A DNA stretch of 62,803 nt, the filler included, from Globobulimina sp. (lineage: Eukaryota): NCBI GenBank assembly GCA_003354225.1. It is 42 parts of 42 records of this genome, joined end to end, with 100 filler letters (N's around TTAATTAATTAA, not from the genome) between each part and the next. Parts side by side here need not be neighbours in the genome. Positions count along the whole stretch, not along the records: positions 35,962 to 37,359 come from PIVH01017338.1; positions 37,460 to 38,856 come from PIVH01017339.1; positions 38,957 to 40,353 come from PIVH01017340.1; positions 40,454 to 41,850 come from PIVH01017341.1; positions 41,951 to 43,347 come from PIVH01017342.1; positions 43,448 to 44,844 come from PIVH01017343.1; positions 44,945 to 46,341 come from PIVH01017344.1; positions 46,442 to 47,838 come from PIVH01017345.1; 34 more parts are not named here. One strand, 5' to 3'. Shown piece after piece: positions 36,579 through 47,938 of the stretch (positions are counted from its first letter, which is position 1; every line of letters starts with the position of its first letter). A model generated the notes under the pieces. It saw only the letters and a program-made list of their open reading frames with translations, ran no database searches and was not told the origin of the DNA. The position numbers and the translations under genes are program-made.

Positions 36579-36950
36579 ATGGATGACTCAGTGAGTGGCG
36601 GCGGCGGAGTTCAAACAGAATTTCTTAAAAAATATCGCAATCTTTTCGACAAACGTGACTATACAGTTGTCGGAGCAGGAGGAGGACCGACTTGCGAATT
36701 TGAAGCGGGGACAAGTGGTACCGGTGATAAAGTGAGGTCATTGAAATCCATTCCCTTCCCGAAAAAAAGAAAAAGGAAAGTGATTAAACCAAAACGAAAG
36801 CTCGGCGGTAAAAGTAAAAACAAGAAGAAGATAGCCGGCAAGTCCAGGACAAAAGGGAAAGGTGGCAAAAAACAAAATAAAGCTTCGAAAAAGACCAATC
36901 AAAAAGGGAATTTCAAAGAACAACTTTTGAAATTGATTTTACAAATGTAA
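36579..36950 (+). CDS. Small Lys-rich basic protein (candidate virion core protein)
   Basis: Strongly basic C-terminal half, GG motifs; stop 2 nt before the capsid ATG. Confidence 0.55.
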   Translation: MDDSVSGGGGVQTEFLKKYRNLFDKRDYTVVGAGGGPTCEFEAGTSGTGDKVRSLKSIPFPKKRKRKVIKPKRKLGGKSKNKKKIAGKSRTKGKGGKKQNKASKKTNQKGNFKEQLLKLILQM

Positions 36951-36952
36951 AT

Positions 36953-37359
36953 ATGCCTCCAAAAATGTCAAAAATCGATGTCCAACCATTGGTCAATATA
37001 CCCCAATTAGATATATTTAATAGACAAAAGTTGCAAGTAAGTGTAGAAGGAGTGTCGGAAGAAGAAATACTGCCCATGTCCAGTTGGGATCAGGCCAGTG
37101 AGATCGGTTTCCATGTGTATGGCGATCCCGAATCGTTCGTAGATCCCTCTTCCCTCAGGATAGCGATGGAGGTCAGAGTGGTGAGGGACAATGGTCAAAG
37201 ACTCCCCTTCGGGCGAGGTAGTCAAGATTACGCAGTTATCGCCAACTTCGGTTCCAGCGTGTTCGAAAAAGTGGCCGTTCGACTAGGAAATTCTACTCAA
37301 ATTAGTGGTCTGGACTCGCTGTACCCCTATCTGACGTACTTGGAGAATGTATTCAAAAC
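36953..37359 (+). CDS. Polinton/adintovirus major capsid (double jelly-roll) protein N-terminus
   Basis: QLDIF...QVSVE...P...IGFHV.G...FVD...NFGSSVFEKV.V.L...YPYLTYLE matches my recollection of the Maverick MCP consensus (LDLF..Q.SIE, SLFSQV, YPYRAYIE). Confidence 0.85.
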
Positions 37360-37466
37360 NNNNNNNNNNNNNNNNNNNNNNNNNNNNNNNNNNNNNNNNN
37401 NNNTTAATTAATTAANNNNNNNNNNNNNNNNNNNNNNNNNNNNNNNNNNNNNNNNNNNNACGGTAT

Positions 37467-38425
37467 ATGATGGATAAAGCAATGGTATCCATCAGAAACA
37501 AATATCCAGAATTTGAATATAAAAATGTATTTGAAGGAAATATATATTATGGGTCATTGATTAAATTGATATTAATTTATTTATCGATATGGGTTGTGGC
37601 AAGTGATATGAGTCACGTCTTTGTGTTATCGTCTGCAAATATACAAAAACGATTTCAACAGAGACTATCAAGGTTGCGTGACGGAGAAAGATTAGAATTA
37701 GATTTTGGAACATTTCGTGCAATTGATTTTATTGATGGCACGCCACTTAAAAATGTTACTTTTGGATCTGGCGCAAATTGGGTACATAGTTGTGTTGATT
37801 TATTTGAGCCTGGATATAATGGCGCATCGTTGAGAGCCATACATCACGCTTTCTCAACGGCGAAAGACGCAAGTACTGTGACAACGCGATTTAATGAGGC
37901 AATACTAGAACGGGAGTTTATTATTATGCAACGGGATGTGATTTGTTTTGATGCCATTGCGAGATTGATGCCATTGCGAGATTAGATACAAAAATCCATG
38001 GCGACATGCCTTTAGTAGCGTGGGTGAAAAGGAGTGGTGGATGCACACACAATTACGGGGAGATATTAGACACAGTTATATTGACAAAAGATCAAACCAG
38101 TTTGAAAATTGGTTCGTGACAATGGGACATTACGCCGACATGGATGTATAAAAATGATTTCGAGCAAATGAAGCAGTATCCCCGTATTGAGAATTGGCGT
38201 GATATTAATTTTGATGAATTACCAGATGTATTTGTTGCCCATTTACAGTTCGATATTCATTGTTATATAAATGATAAAATCGATCATTACATTGCTGAAC
38301 ATGATGAGTATGATATTAATTCGATTAAAGATCGCAAGGCAGTGGCCACAATATTACGGTCACCCATATATGACCGGTATTTGTTTTGTATTGCCAGTTT
38401 TTATTGTGCGAAATTTCAGACATAA
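37467..38425 (+). CDS. Unknown protein(s), fragmented ORFs
   Basis: ORFs 37467-37985 and 38144-38425; a short duplication (TGATGCCATTGCGAGATT) at the break. Confidence 0.35.
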
Positions 38426-38973
38426 TTAATTATGGCGCTTTAGTACATAATTATTACCGCATAGCATACCAAAAATTATCTTGTTTCAAACAGAAATAAT
38501 AATGCCAATGTAAACTGAAAAAGCAAAGTAACTTCAAATTGTTTCTCACAATTCATAAGTCAATGATTTTGTGAGGTAAAACGAGCGAGCGCAGCGAGTG
38601 AGTAAAGTGGGTAGCAATACGGCAAATTTATTTTTTGACTCATTTCTAACAATCTGTTTCACTGTTTTTTCAGAAATATATTGCAAAACAATGAATTCAT
38701 TCAGAATGTGTTGAATATAGGCATATCACGAAGATTTTTAAGTTCATCATCTGTATGTACTGGCACGGAGAAATATATTGCAAAACAATGAATTCATTAA
38801 GAATTGGTTGAATTGAGTCGTACGATGAAGACTTGTGAGTGATTCACCTGTATCTANNNNNNNNNNNNNNNNNNNNNNNNNNNNNNNNNNNNNNNNNNNN
38901 TTAATTAATTAANNNNNNNNNNNNNNNNNNNNNNNNNNNNNNNNNNNNNNNNNNNNTTTTTTTTGGAATTTTC

Positions 38974-39792
38974 TTACACAAATCCATTGCACAGAGCGGA
39001 TATAATTGCCAATAAATAGCCATTCCATTCATTGGTTCCACTCAAACAATTATGCATTATAACATTTATAAATGGCGGCTGTATACTCATAATACAACCA
39101 ATCACTGCCAAAAGAATTGCGATGATATGGAAAATTGAAAATGGATCAGCCAATACAATATATCCAATCATTGTCGATGTTATTACAGAAAATGAGATCA
39201 ATGTTAATGTATCCGGCAAACCAATGCTTTTTTGACTCGATAAGAAAGTGTGTATTGCCAATGTACCAAAAACGCCTCGGAATAAAATAGCAAACCATAT
39301 TTTTGTCGGTGTTATTTTTTCAATAAAATACTGTGATATTTTGCAATGTTCTTTTTTAGTATTTTGTGCCTTATTTATATGGTCATTATTATTATTCGGA
39401 CTTAGAACGGCTAAAAGATGCTGTGTTGACAATAAGGTAGTCATTGATCCGTATGATGTCGAGTGTGATTTCATAAGTAATGATTTTGTGGTTGAAAATG
39501 GTGGCATGCGGCGTGTATAAATATGTTTTATATTATTTATAGATTTAATTGATATCAATGTATTTTTCAGGTTGATGCTTAATTTTGTTTCCCATTTTAT
39601 TGTTGATGAGATTAATGCCAACAACAACTGAAATACAGAAATGTATGATAATATTTCTGCTATAGAATATTGCATTTTTTCCGAATACCATTGTATTGAT
39701 AATGATAAAACTGCGACTAAGTATCCTGATGAAAAAATCAGTAATATTCCGTATAACGTTTGTCTTTTATTATCTACTTCTAAAATTGCCAT
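38974..39792 (-). CDS. EamA/DMT (SLC35G-like) transporter, partial
   Basis: ILFRGVFG, GYIVLADPF, GCIMSIQPPF; TM segments. Confidence 0.8.
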   Translation of the reverse strand: MAILEVDNKRQTLYGILLIFSSGYLVAVLSLSIQWYSEKMQYSIAEILSYISVFQLLLALISSTIKWETKLSINLKNTLISIKSINNIKHIYTRRMPPFSTTKSLLMKSHSTSYGSMTTLLSTQHLLAVLSPNNNNDHINKAQNTKKEHCKISQYFIEKITPTKIWFAILFRGVFGTLAIHTFLSSQKSIGLPDTLTLISFSVITSTMIGYIVLADPFSIFHIIAILLAVIGCIMSIQPPFINVIMHNCLSGTNEWNGYLLAIISALCNGFV

Positions 39793-40453
39793 TGTCCTGT
39801 TTTTGTTAAAAGGATGCCCTACGTTTAAAACAGCTTAAATGTAAGATTTGTTTGAGATTAGTTTATGAAAAATGTTGCATAATTAAATACGCAAGAAACG
39901 AACGTTTTTATTGTTCCCAGAGTTAAAATAAACATTGTTATCGCTGTATATAGCGGTTCAAATAATTGTAATTTGTTTTAGTTGTTGCAAAATTTGATTG
40001 ATGTACCAATTCCATTTATAATGCCGACGGTTTTGCAATTTTGTGAAAAAATATTAAAAAAGATGTTAATAGACATTAATTAAAAACAATAATTATTATT
40101 TAATATAGGATTTTAAAAAAACTATCAATATAACAACGTATAAAGAATAGAATTTTAAGACTAATATTGAGAGAAAAAATCAATGGAGTCTGGATATGTA
40201 TTTTGTTGTTACCTTTGAAAACACGTAAGTTTGAGTTTTGTAAATTAATTAATAAAAACACAAAGTTTTACACTAAGTAATAGAAACAACTCCAAAATAG
40301 AAAAGTTTAAAAGAAATGTAAATAGATAAAAGTTAAAACCCGGAACAGATAAANNNNNNNNNNNNNNNNNNNNNNNNNNNNNNNNNNNNNNNNNNNNTTA
40401 ATTAATTAANNNNNNNNNNNNNNNNNNNNNNNNNNNNNNNNNNNNNNNNNNNN

Positions 40454-40658
40454 GGCCGCGGAACATGACAGCACTGATCTGCGCATCGGGATCTTTTAAT
40501 GTAAAATAATAATGGCCTGAACCGGGAGCGCTAAAATTCGATATTTCTCCTGATATCCAAATGATAGGAAAGCTATCTTCAAGTAATTCTTTAATATCAT
40601 TTGTGAGTCTTGAAACGGTGTAGATTTTTTTTTGTATTGAATGTTCGTTAAATTGCAC
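40454..40658 (-). CDS. xseA: Exodeoxyribonuclease VII large subunit N-terminus (bacterial)
   Basis: YTVSRLT..IK.LLE, WISGEISNF, SGHYYFTLKD..AQI.AVMFR. Confidence 0.95.
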
Positions 40659-40854
40659 AGTAAATAATTTAATTATATGGTATGGATTGAGAGTATAATG
40701 TTAATAAAACGTGTTATATCAGATTGAATTGAAATATCGTCTTTTGTAATAATATATATGTCCGATCAAATATCCTATCATACATACCGGTAACGTCTGA
40801 TAAGATATATTATGTAAACTTTTATTGGGTCAATAGCAATTTCCCCCTTTCGAC

Positions 40855-41130
40855 TTATTCAATTTGCTTTGCATGCTTCTCGAGGATTTCACGTATACTG
40901 GGAACGATATATATAGCATCAACAGGCATCGTGCATAAACATAAGGCCAGGATTTCATTTTTATCACGAACAGATTTGTGCTTATCCATTATAAATACAT
41001 TTTCCCCTTTTACTTTGCACAAACCGCTTTTTACTTTTAATCCCGAAATTCGAAGATTCTGTTCTAATACTGTTATGCCAAGTTTATCTGCAAGATCTTT
41101 TAAATTCTGGTAAAGCTCTTCTGGTTTCAT
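40855..41130 (-). CDS. Bacterial hypothetical protein
   Basis: 91-aa ORF with LGI.V, GLCKVKG and YIVPSIRE motifs. Confidence 0.7.
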   Translation of the reverse strand: MKPEELYQNLKDLADKLGITVLEQNLRISGLKVKSGLCKVKGENVFIMDKHKSVRDKNEILALCLCTMPVDAIYIVPSIREILEKHAKQIE

Positions 41131-41192
41131 TTTAAAATTTTAATAAAACATTTTTTACTTCATTGCAAACCAAATAATATTACAGACTAAAA

Positions 41193-41230
41193 CAAAAAAG
41201 GCTTAGCTGAAAACAGCGAAGCCTTTTTTG
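41193..41230 (-). terminator. Intrinsic terminator (bidirectional) after tRNA-Cys
   Basis: CAAAAAAGGCTT...AAGCCTTTTTTG hairpin with A/T tracts on both sides. Confidence 0.8.
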
Positions 41231-41235
41231 TTTTA

Positions 41236-41310
41236 TGGAGGCGGCAACCAGATTCGAACTGGTGAATGGCGGTTTTGCAGACCGCTGCCTTACCACTTGG
41301 CTATGCCGCC
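41236..41310 (-). tRNA. tRNA-Cys(GCA), bacterial, CCA encoded
   Basis: GGCGGCATAGCCAAGTGGTAAGGC...CTGCAAA...GGTTCGAATC...GCCGCCTCCA. Confidence 0.95.
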
Positions 41311-41506
41311 TAAGGAACGGAAATTAAATAAATTGAACAGATTTCATTTCAGCTTCAGCTCAACAGTATTTGATCCTGTATTTTTAAAACCTCAAAATAG
41401 TTCACTATTAATTCAACTTTAAAAAAAATTCAGGGTCAAATACTGTTAAACCAAATCTGAACGAACTACATTCAAGTTGTTTTATTTACGTTCTCCCAAA
41501 AAAAAA

Positions 41507-41581
41507 TGCAGCCGGAAACGGGATTTGAACCTGCCACTCCGACCTTGGCAAGGTCGCACTCTACCACTGAGTTATTCCCGC
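41507..41581 (-). tRNA. tRNA-Gly(GCC), degenerate 3' half
   Basis: GCGGGAATAACTCAGTGGTAGAGTG-CGACC-TTGCCAA-GGTCG intact; G-G mismatch in acceptor, A-C in T stem, ends TGCA. Confidence 0.8.
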
Positions 41582-41645
41582 TCAGTAAGACCATTTAATT
41601 AGCTTCTTACAGTATATCTGTCAATAAAAAAAACGACGCACTCAC

Positions 41646-41850
41646 TTATTTGCATTTTTCCAGTCTTTTAAAAAAGCATCAAGGCCTTTATCCGTCAATG
41701 GATGGGAAGCAAGTTTTGCCAGAACGTTAAAAGGAATTGTAGCAATATCTGCACCCATTAAGGCGGATTCAAGCACATGAAGCGGATTACGTATACTGGC
41801 AACAATAACTTCAGTTTCAAAATCATAGTTGTTGTAAATTTCAACAATCT
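41646..41850 (-). CDS. Transaldolase / fructose-6-phosphate aldolase C-terminus (bacterial)
   Basis: [25 protein letters not shown]...[13 protein letters not shown]. Confidence 0.93.
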
Positions 41851-41950
41851 NNNNNNNNNNNNNNNNNNNNNNNNNNNNNNNNNNNNNNNNNNNNTTAATT
41901 AATTAANNNNNNNNNNNNNNNNNNNNNNNNNNNNNNNNNNNNNNNNNNNN

Positions 41951-43177
41951 TCAAACAATTGATTTTCTTTCCGTCGCTCCTTCCTTTCCGTAAGTTGCAC
42001 ATCCAACACATCATCGACCCATTGCACCAGATACTTTGCGAACAAGTTAGGATTAATGAAATATCCGGCACAGTGATCCCCATTCTTGATGCAATACAAA
42101 TTTTTAATTTTACTCTGGCATTTCTCATATAATTGTTGCGAATGTGCAAAGGGCACAGCTGCATCGCATTCGCTATGCATTAACAACAGCGGTATATCGA
42201 ATAAATCATCACTCACCACATCCAATGGGCAGACATCGTCCACAGAGTATCCATAAATAAACTGATTGCCAATATCCATAATATTGACAACCACATCCAA
42301 CAGACCCGTGGGGAACCACAACGCAGACGCGATTCCAATGCGATACCTACAGAGATCCCGCAATGAGCCGAAGGAGCAATCCGTCACAATGGCTGAGATT
42401 ATGTCAGTAAACTGCTTTGCTACGCAAATTGCCACCGTCCCACCCATGCTGGCACCCATTAGAACAATCTGTTTGTCCTCGCCATCTTTATTGTGGTAAT
42501 GGTTGTGTTTCACATAAGTTATAGCAGCAACGGCATCATTTTGTTCCAAGTAGCCAATGGTTTGACGGGTTTTGGGATTCGAAGCAAAGGAACGAAAGTC
42601 AAACATGAATACACTGTAACCCTGGTACCATAATGAAGACGCAACACCCAACAGATTGGATTTGTGGTTGTTGTACGGATGCATTAGTATCACTACACGG
42701 TTAGATTCGCGCTGTTTTTTTGCGATTTTGCGAGTATATGTTGGTTCCAATGGAATGTTACTTAACTCCATTGACTGTGGCAGGGATCCACCAACCTTTT
42801 AAAATTGGACCATCTTCAGCAGAGAACTCGACATTGCGATATGGCATCCGTAGTATTTCAGGGTTCAAATGGTAATCATCGGTATAGCTTTCCCGCATTA
42901 ATTGTAATTTATACATGTTTCTCATTTAATTTTGTGCTGGAAACGGAATATAAATTAACATACGTTCTAGGCCGAATTCTATTGATCGACCAACAAGAAG
43001 CAGCTGCCAATGACACTTTGTTTGATGTGTATTATTATTAATGGGAATGGGCCAACATACATTTAATGTTTGTATACCTGTTCCTATGCCTATCATAGTC
43101 CCCCCTGCGACTGTTATGCCACTGGTTATACGCAATACGCGTCTCCAATTGAAAATATTAGCAAATCTAGAACGCAT
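41951..43177 (-). CDS. Alpha/beta hydrolase, spliced
   Basis: FDFR, GASMGG nucleophile elbow, HSECD, GDH. Confidence 0.88.
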
Positions 43178-43248
43178 TGCAAGCTTGCAATTGTTGCTTA
43201 GTAACAGTTTTTAAATGTTTTTTTCAGACTAAAACCATTTTGCACATT

Positions 43249-43347
43249 ATGAAAAATGTTTTGAATTACGAGGTCATCAGACCTAAAGGTATTTCAATTA
43301 AATTGCCAATTGTGATGTTACATGGATTTTTTGGATGTAAATCAAAT
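43249..43347 (+). CDS. ABHD11-like hydrolase N-terminus
   Basis: PIVMLHGFFGCKSN. Confidence 0.65.
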
Positions 43348-43447
43348 NNNNNNNNNNNNNNNNNNNNNNNNNNNNNNNNNNNNNNNNNNNNTTAATTAAT
43401 TAANNNNNNNNNNNNNNNNNNNNNNNNNNNNNNNNNNNNNNNNNNNN

Positions 43448-44484
43448 ATACTGGAAACGCTAAGATTTTATTATTGAAAGAAAACGAGCGAGCCATACAA
43501 CAGACAGTGCGCCACAACAAACGACGCAAAAAAAGGAAGAAACAGAGGAAAAACTCATCCATATCGTCTATGGAAGTGCCTATTCCTTCAAAATCAAGTC
43601 TTGAATTACAACTGGAACGAGGCGCATTTGCTGATCATGAGATGTTCAATGAGGAAGAAAAAGATTATCATCAATACAATGCAGACTGTGATGAACAACA
43701 TGAATGTGTACGCAATTATAATTATAATGGACATGTATTGGCATTGGATACGGATAAAATATTGAAAGGTATTAAGCGGAAACATAAAGTTGTTGCGCAC
43801 AACAAACCATCGCAACTTTATTTGGATAAAACGCATAAAAGTATGGAGAAAAAGAAAAAGAAAATCAATGACAAATATAAAGCAATGCAAAAGGAGTTGG
43901 TTTCGTGGAAGAGGCAATATCGACAATTGAATGAGGAATATAATGCTTCTCTGGAAAGGAACGAGAGAGTGACGGATAAATTGCAGATAGAAAATGATGC
44001 ATTAAAGGAGAAATTGAAGAAATATAAGCGTACATTTGAATGTATTAACGACGAAATAATATGTATTGGTAATAAATATAAATTAAATAAAAGAGAAATA
44101 GCCATAGCATCGGAAGAGGAGGACAATGAAACGGAGGTTGAAGATGAGAGGGATACACTCGTTGTATTGGAACAAATCAAATCAAGATTTGCAGGGTTTA
44201 TCACTGGATGCGAAGGGATACAACAATTATTTAATAATTTGCAGGAAAGGTCAAAATTAAATGTTTCTGAAACAGTTTGTAAGCGATATGACGAAATATA
44301 TAAATTATGGATGGAACATGTAAGGAATGGAAAGTATGCGGCGGAGTATGTGGGGAATATGTATGAAAAGGGAGTGGATGAGCTTGATAATGTGAGTATG
44401 AATGTGAGTGACGAACAACATGATCTTCAAAATGATTTTGAAGTTATGATGGATCAAAATCGGATTAAATGCGACTTTGTATGA
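43448..44484 (+). CDS. Coiled-coil hypothetical protein, partial
   Basis: Long K/E-rich open frame. Confidence 0.6.
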
Positions 44485-45218
44485 TATTTTTCGATCGAGT
44501 TTTCTTATTTTTATTTTAGTTTGCTTATTATTTCATTGTTATTATTTGATTGTTATTAATTCATTGTTATTATTCATATAATTATTTTTTTAGCTTTTGA
44601 CCTTATTTATACATCACATGATGATGCAACGTGGTACAAACCAGCAAATAATTAAAAGCTTTTTTTTTATTTAATTATTTTTACCTTCTATTTGTATAGT
44701 AATTATCGATAAAGGTAAAAACAAAAAAAAATAATAAATTTAAATCCAGATTTATATTTAAAAAAAAATAAACACTTTGAGACATATATAAATGAATAAA
44801 TCACGCGAACACCTTGAGACATAATGAATAAATCAAACGAACAGNNNNNNNNNNNNNNNNNNNNNNNNNNNNNNNNNNNNNNNNNNNNTTAATTAATTAA
44901 NNNNNNNNNNNNNNNNNNNNNNNNNNNNNNNNNNNNNNNNNNNNTATCTCTAAAGTTACAATAGAAACTCTCAAAATGACTACTTGTTGAACAAAATTCA
45001 CAACATGTTCAACATGTTGCTGACCCACAGAATGAAAATCTCTTAGAAAGTGTCCACACTCTTGTAATCTCCGATTCAAAATTACAAAACTCTGATTCAT
45101 AAAGTTTTTCTTTTATATTATATTAAGTCGCTACTAAGAACATGAACAGAATCAGAAAGGTATGCACGAATAATAAATAACATACTTGTATTTTAAATCA
45201 AGTAATATTCATTGTACC

Positions 45219-46341
45219 ATGTTTATAAGATCGCAAATCAATTAATTGATACAAATGAGGAATTACGTCCAAATGATACAAATAATGAAAAACAAGAATT
45301 CCTTGGCGTCCACAGTTGAGTTTGTTATTGTTGTATTATTTTGAATGAATGATATAATATAATATATTTCATGCAATATTTGTGTATGAAAGCTTGTGTG
45401 CCAACATTGCTCGAATTGGCATACGTTGATAAATTCCTTCATGGAAATTACAAGCTGCCGCCATATGTGATTGCGACGGGAAACGGAGAGCGAGTTCGAG
45501 ATTCATTGAAATATTTGGATGAAGGGGTTTTGTTGCAAGATGTAATGCGTTCGTTTCATTTGAATCCATATCGCATTGAGATAGCAGTCGGATTATACAA
45601 AGGAACACCAATCACCATCTTCGAACATCAAATTGGTTCGGGTTCGACTGAGATTTATTTAAAAGAATTGTTATCAAAGCAATGTATGACGAACATCTAC
45701 AAAGTGTCGTCGACAAATAAATGTTTTACCTCAGATTGCAAATACCTGATTCGATTAGGAACGAGTTTGGGTATCAACAGTGACTCGAATATAAAATTAA
45801 ATGTTGGCGACATCTCTGTGTCGACGCATCAGGTTGGAATTAGTTCCACTGACTTCCAAGCCATCACATCCAATTTGAATATATTCAACGCACATTCGTC
45901 CATTCCGCAGGCCACCACTTTTTTGAATAAGATTGGCTTTCAAATGAAAACAATTATGGATGTGGACGTCGATGGGAACAGCAAACAGGAAATATGGCCC
46001 ATTGTTGCTTTTGATAAAGACGTACATCGGACATTAAGCAGCTGTGTGGAAGCAAATTACAATGGCAATTCCAAGGGATATAAATGTGTCTCGCTGTTTG
46101 GCAATGTGAGTAAAGACAGTTTGTATTCTGAAGAGGCGCCGGATACTTTTCTTCGGCTAAGAAAGCAGTGTGATGTTTGTACTTCGGATATGGAGGCGGC
46201 GACCATCATTCGTACCACTCGGCAAATGAGCTACGAGTACAACAATAAAATAAAGTGTGGCTTCTGCTCCATCATTCTCGGTGTTTTAAGTCCAGATGGC
46301 GGCGATTCCTTTGTTTCCTTTGATAAAACATTATGCGCCAA
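45219..46341 (+). CDS. Nucleoside (uridine) phosphorylase-like protein, spliced, partial
   Basis: GNGERV, IGSGSTEI..KEL, IRLGTS.G, DMEAA. Confidence 0.8.
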
Positions 46342-46441
46342 NNNNNNNNNNNNNNNNNNNNNNNNNNNNNNNNNNNNNNNNNNNNTTAATTAATTAANNN
46401 NNNNNNNNNNNNNNNNNNNNNNNNNNNNNNNNNNNNNNNNN

Positions 46442-47070
46442 TTGATAAATAATATATTATCAGGTTTCTGTACAGGCATAGAAAATAAAATAAAATAAGG
46501 CTTAACAAAAATAATAATAATAACAATAAATATTTGCTTAACTAAATCGCAATGGACCACCCTGTGATATTCATGCATATAAAATAAGGCTTCAAATACC
46601 ATTTTAATAATAGGCGCCGCGCCTTTTTCATTATATCGTTGTTTTTCTCGTATTCTATCAAATAATTCGCCGCCTTTACATTCTTCCATCACAATATATA
46701 GCGTATGCTTATCTTCATAACATTCCTCCATTGATACTATAAATTTGTGTTTTAACCGCCTCATTATGTCAATCTCGCCCTGCATTGCTATTAATAGTGC
46801 TTTTCTGCGTTGCACGGAACGATCCAATCTATAAAATCTCGCTTTTGATATACATTTTACCGCAAATATTTGCTTATCTTTCTTTCTTTTACATCGATAG
46901 GCTTTGCCAAATTGTCCCGCCTCACCAATCTGTTGACCGACTTGATATGCCTGTTTAAAAGGTGCTGTTCTAGCGGTTATCCATACAGTCTTAAGACGTT
47001 CCATTGGTGGCTTTGGTTTACCTTTTCCACCACCACTCATTCCTGGCCGCATTCCTGGCTTCTTTGACAT
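46442..47070 (-). CDS. CAMK/CDPK-type Ser/Thr kinase N-terminus
   Basis: GQFG, AVK, MEECKGGELFDRI, HCDL|KPDN across an intron. Confidence 0.93.
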
Positions 47071-47157
47071 GCTTTAAAGTGCACTGACTCGGCTTAGTAT
47101 GTTTTTATGTTAAAAACTGAACAAGTTGTTTGGTTTAAATAAATAATTTATAATTGG

Positions 47158-47678
47158 TTAACATTTGAACAATAAAACAGCAATATTTCCCTGGTAAAAC
47201 AAATACAATAAGTTTTCTTGTTCGTGCGTAACTTCAAATCCTTATTAATAATGCAAATGGCAACAATTAATCTAAATATTACAGCACAGTCAACAATTAA
47301 ACATACCATAATTCTCACCAATAATACAATGCCATGTTGCACCAAATCTTTTATCCATTGTTTCTTTTATTTGTTTTGAACATTCCTTAAAAAAAAACAT
47401 TTAGAAAAAATTGAAATTCCGACAGGATATATTTTGTCAAACTTCAAAATTTGTTTGATATTTGTCAATCGCAGATACGATAACGTCAACAGCCTCGTTG
47501 CTTAATTCACCGTTCATATCACAATGCTGATTCGATTTATTTATTTTTTGTATTTGTTTTTTATAACAAAACACACGTAATTCTATGTTTTAACTCGAAT
47601 AAGCCCTTTTTCCATTGATTTCTGCAATTCTTTTTGTAATTCATCTGATATATGAGGAGTTGCTTCAGTGACTGCCAT
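47158..47678 (-). CDS. DNAL4: Axonemal dynein light chain 4, about three introns
   Basis: Spliced exons give HCDM...AIDKY...KQIKETMDKRFGATWHCIIGE..GFEVTHEQENLLYLFYQGNIAVLLFKC*. Confidence 0.88.
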
Positions 47679-47938
47679 GTTTTGAGACACTTTTAGAGAT
47701 TTGAGAGAAGTTTGGTTGAGAAAAAACCAATTTAAGCTAAGTGAGTTTTTTTATTTGTTTTTTTTTTCATTATGACAAGCAATTAATGCAATGCTATTGG
47801 ATGACTGTAAAATTGCTTGTCATAATGAAAAAAAAAAANNNNNNNNNNNNNNNNNNNNNNNNNNNNNNNNNNNNNNNNNNNNTTAATTAATTAANNNNNN
47901 NNNNNNNNNNNNNNNNNNNNNNNNNNNNNNNNNNNNNN

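Noticed and set aside
16488-37359. Copia, LINE, Polinton and ART genes as one island or system
   Set aside because: They lie on separate length-sorted contigs, so proximity is meaningless
38672-38815. Local duplications (also 57789-57840 and 62435/62635)
   Set aside because: Ordinary short tandem duplications with no further structure
47758-47838. 27-bp inverted repeat
   Set aside because: Sits at the contig end and includes homopolymers; a fold-back amplification or assembly artefact is as likely as a real element
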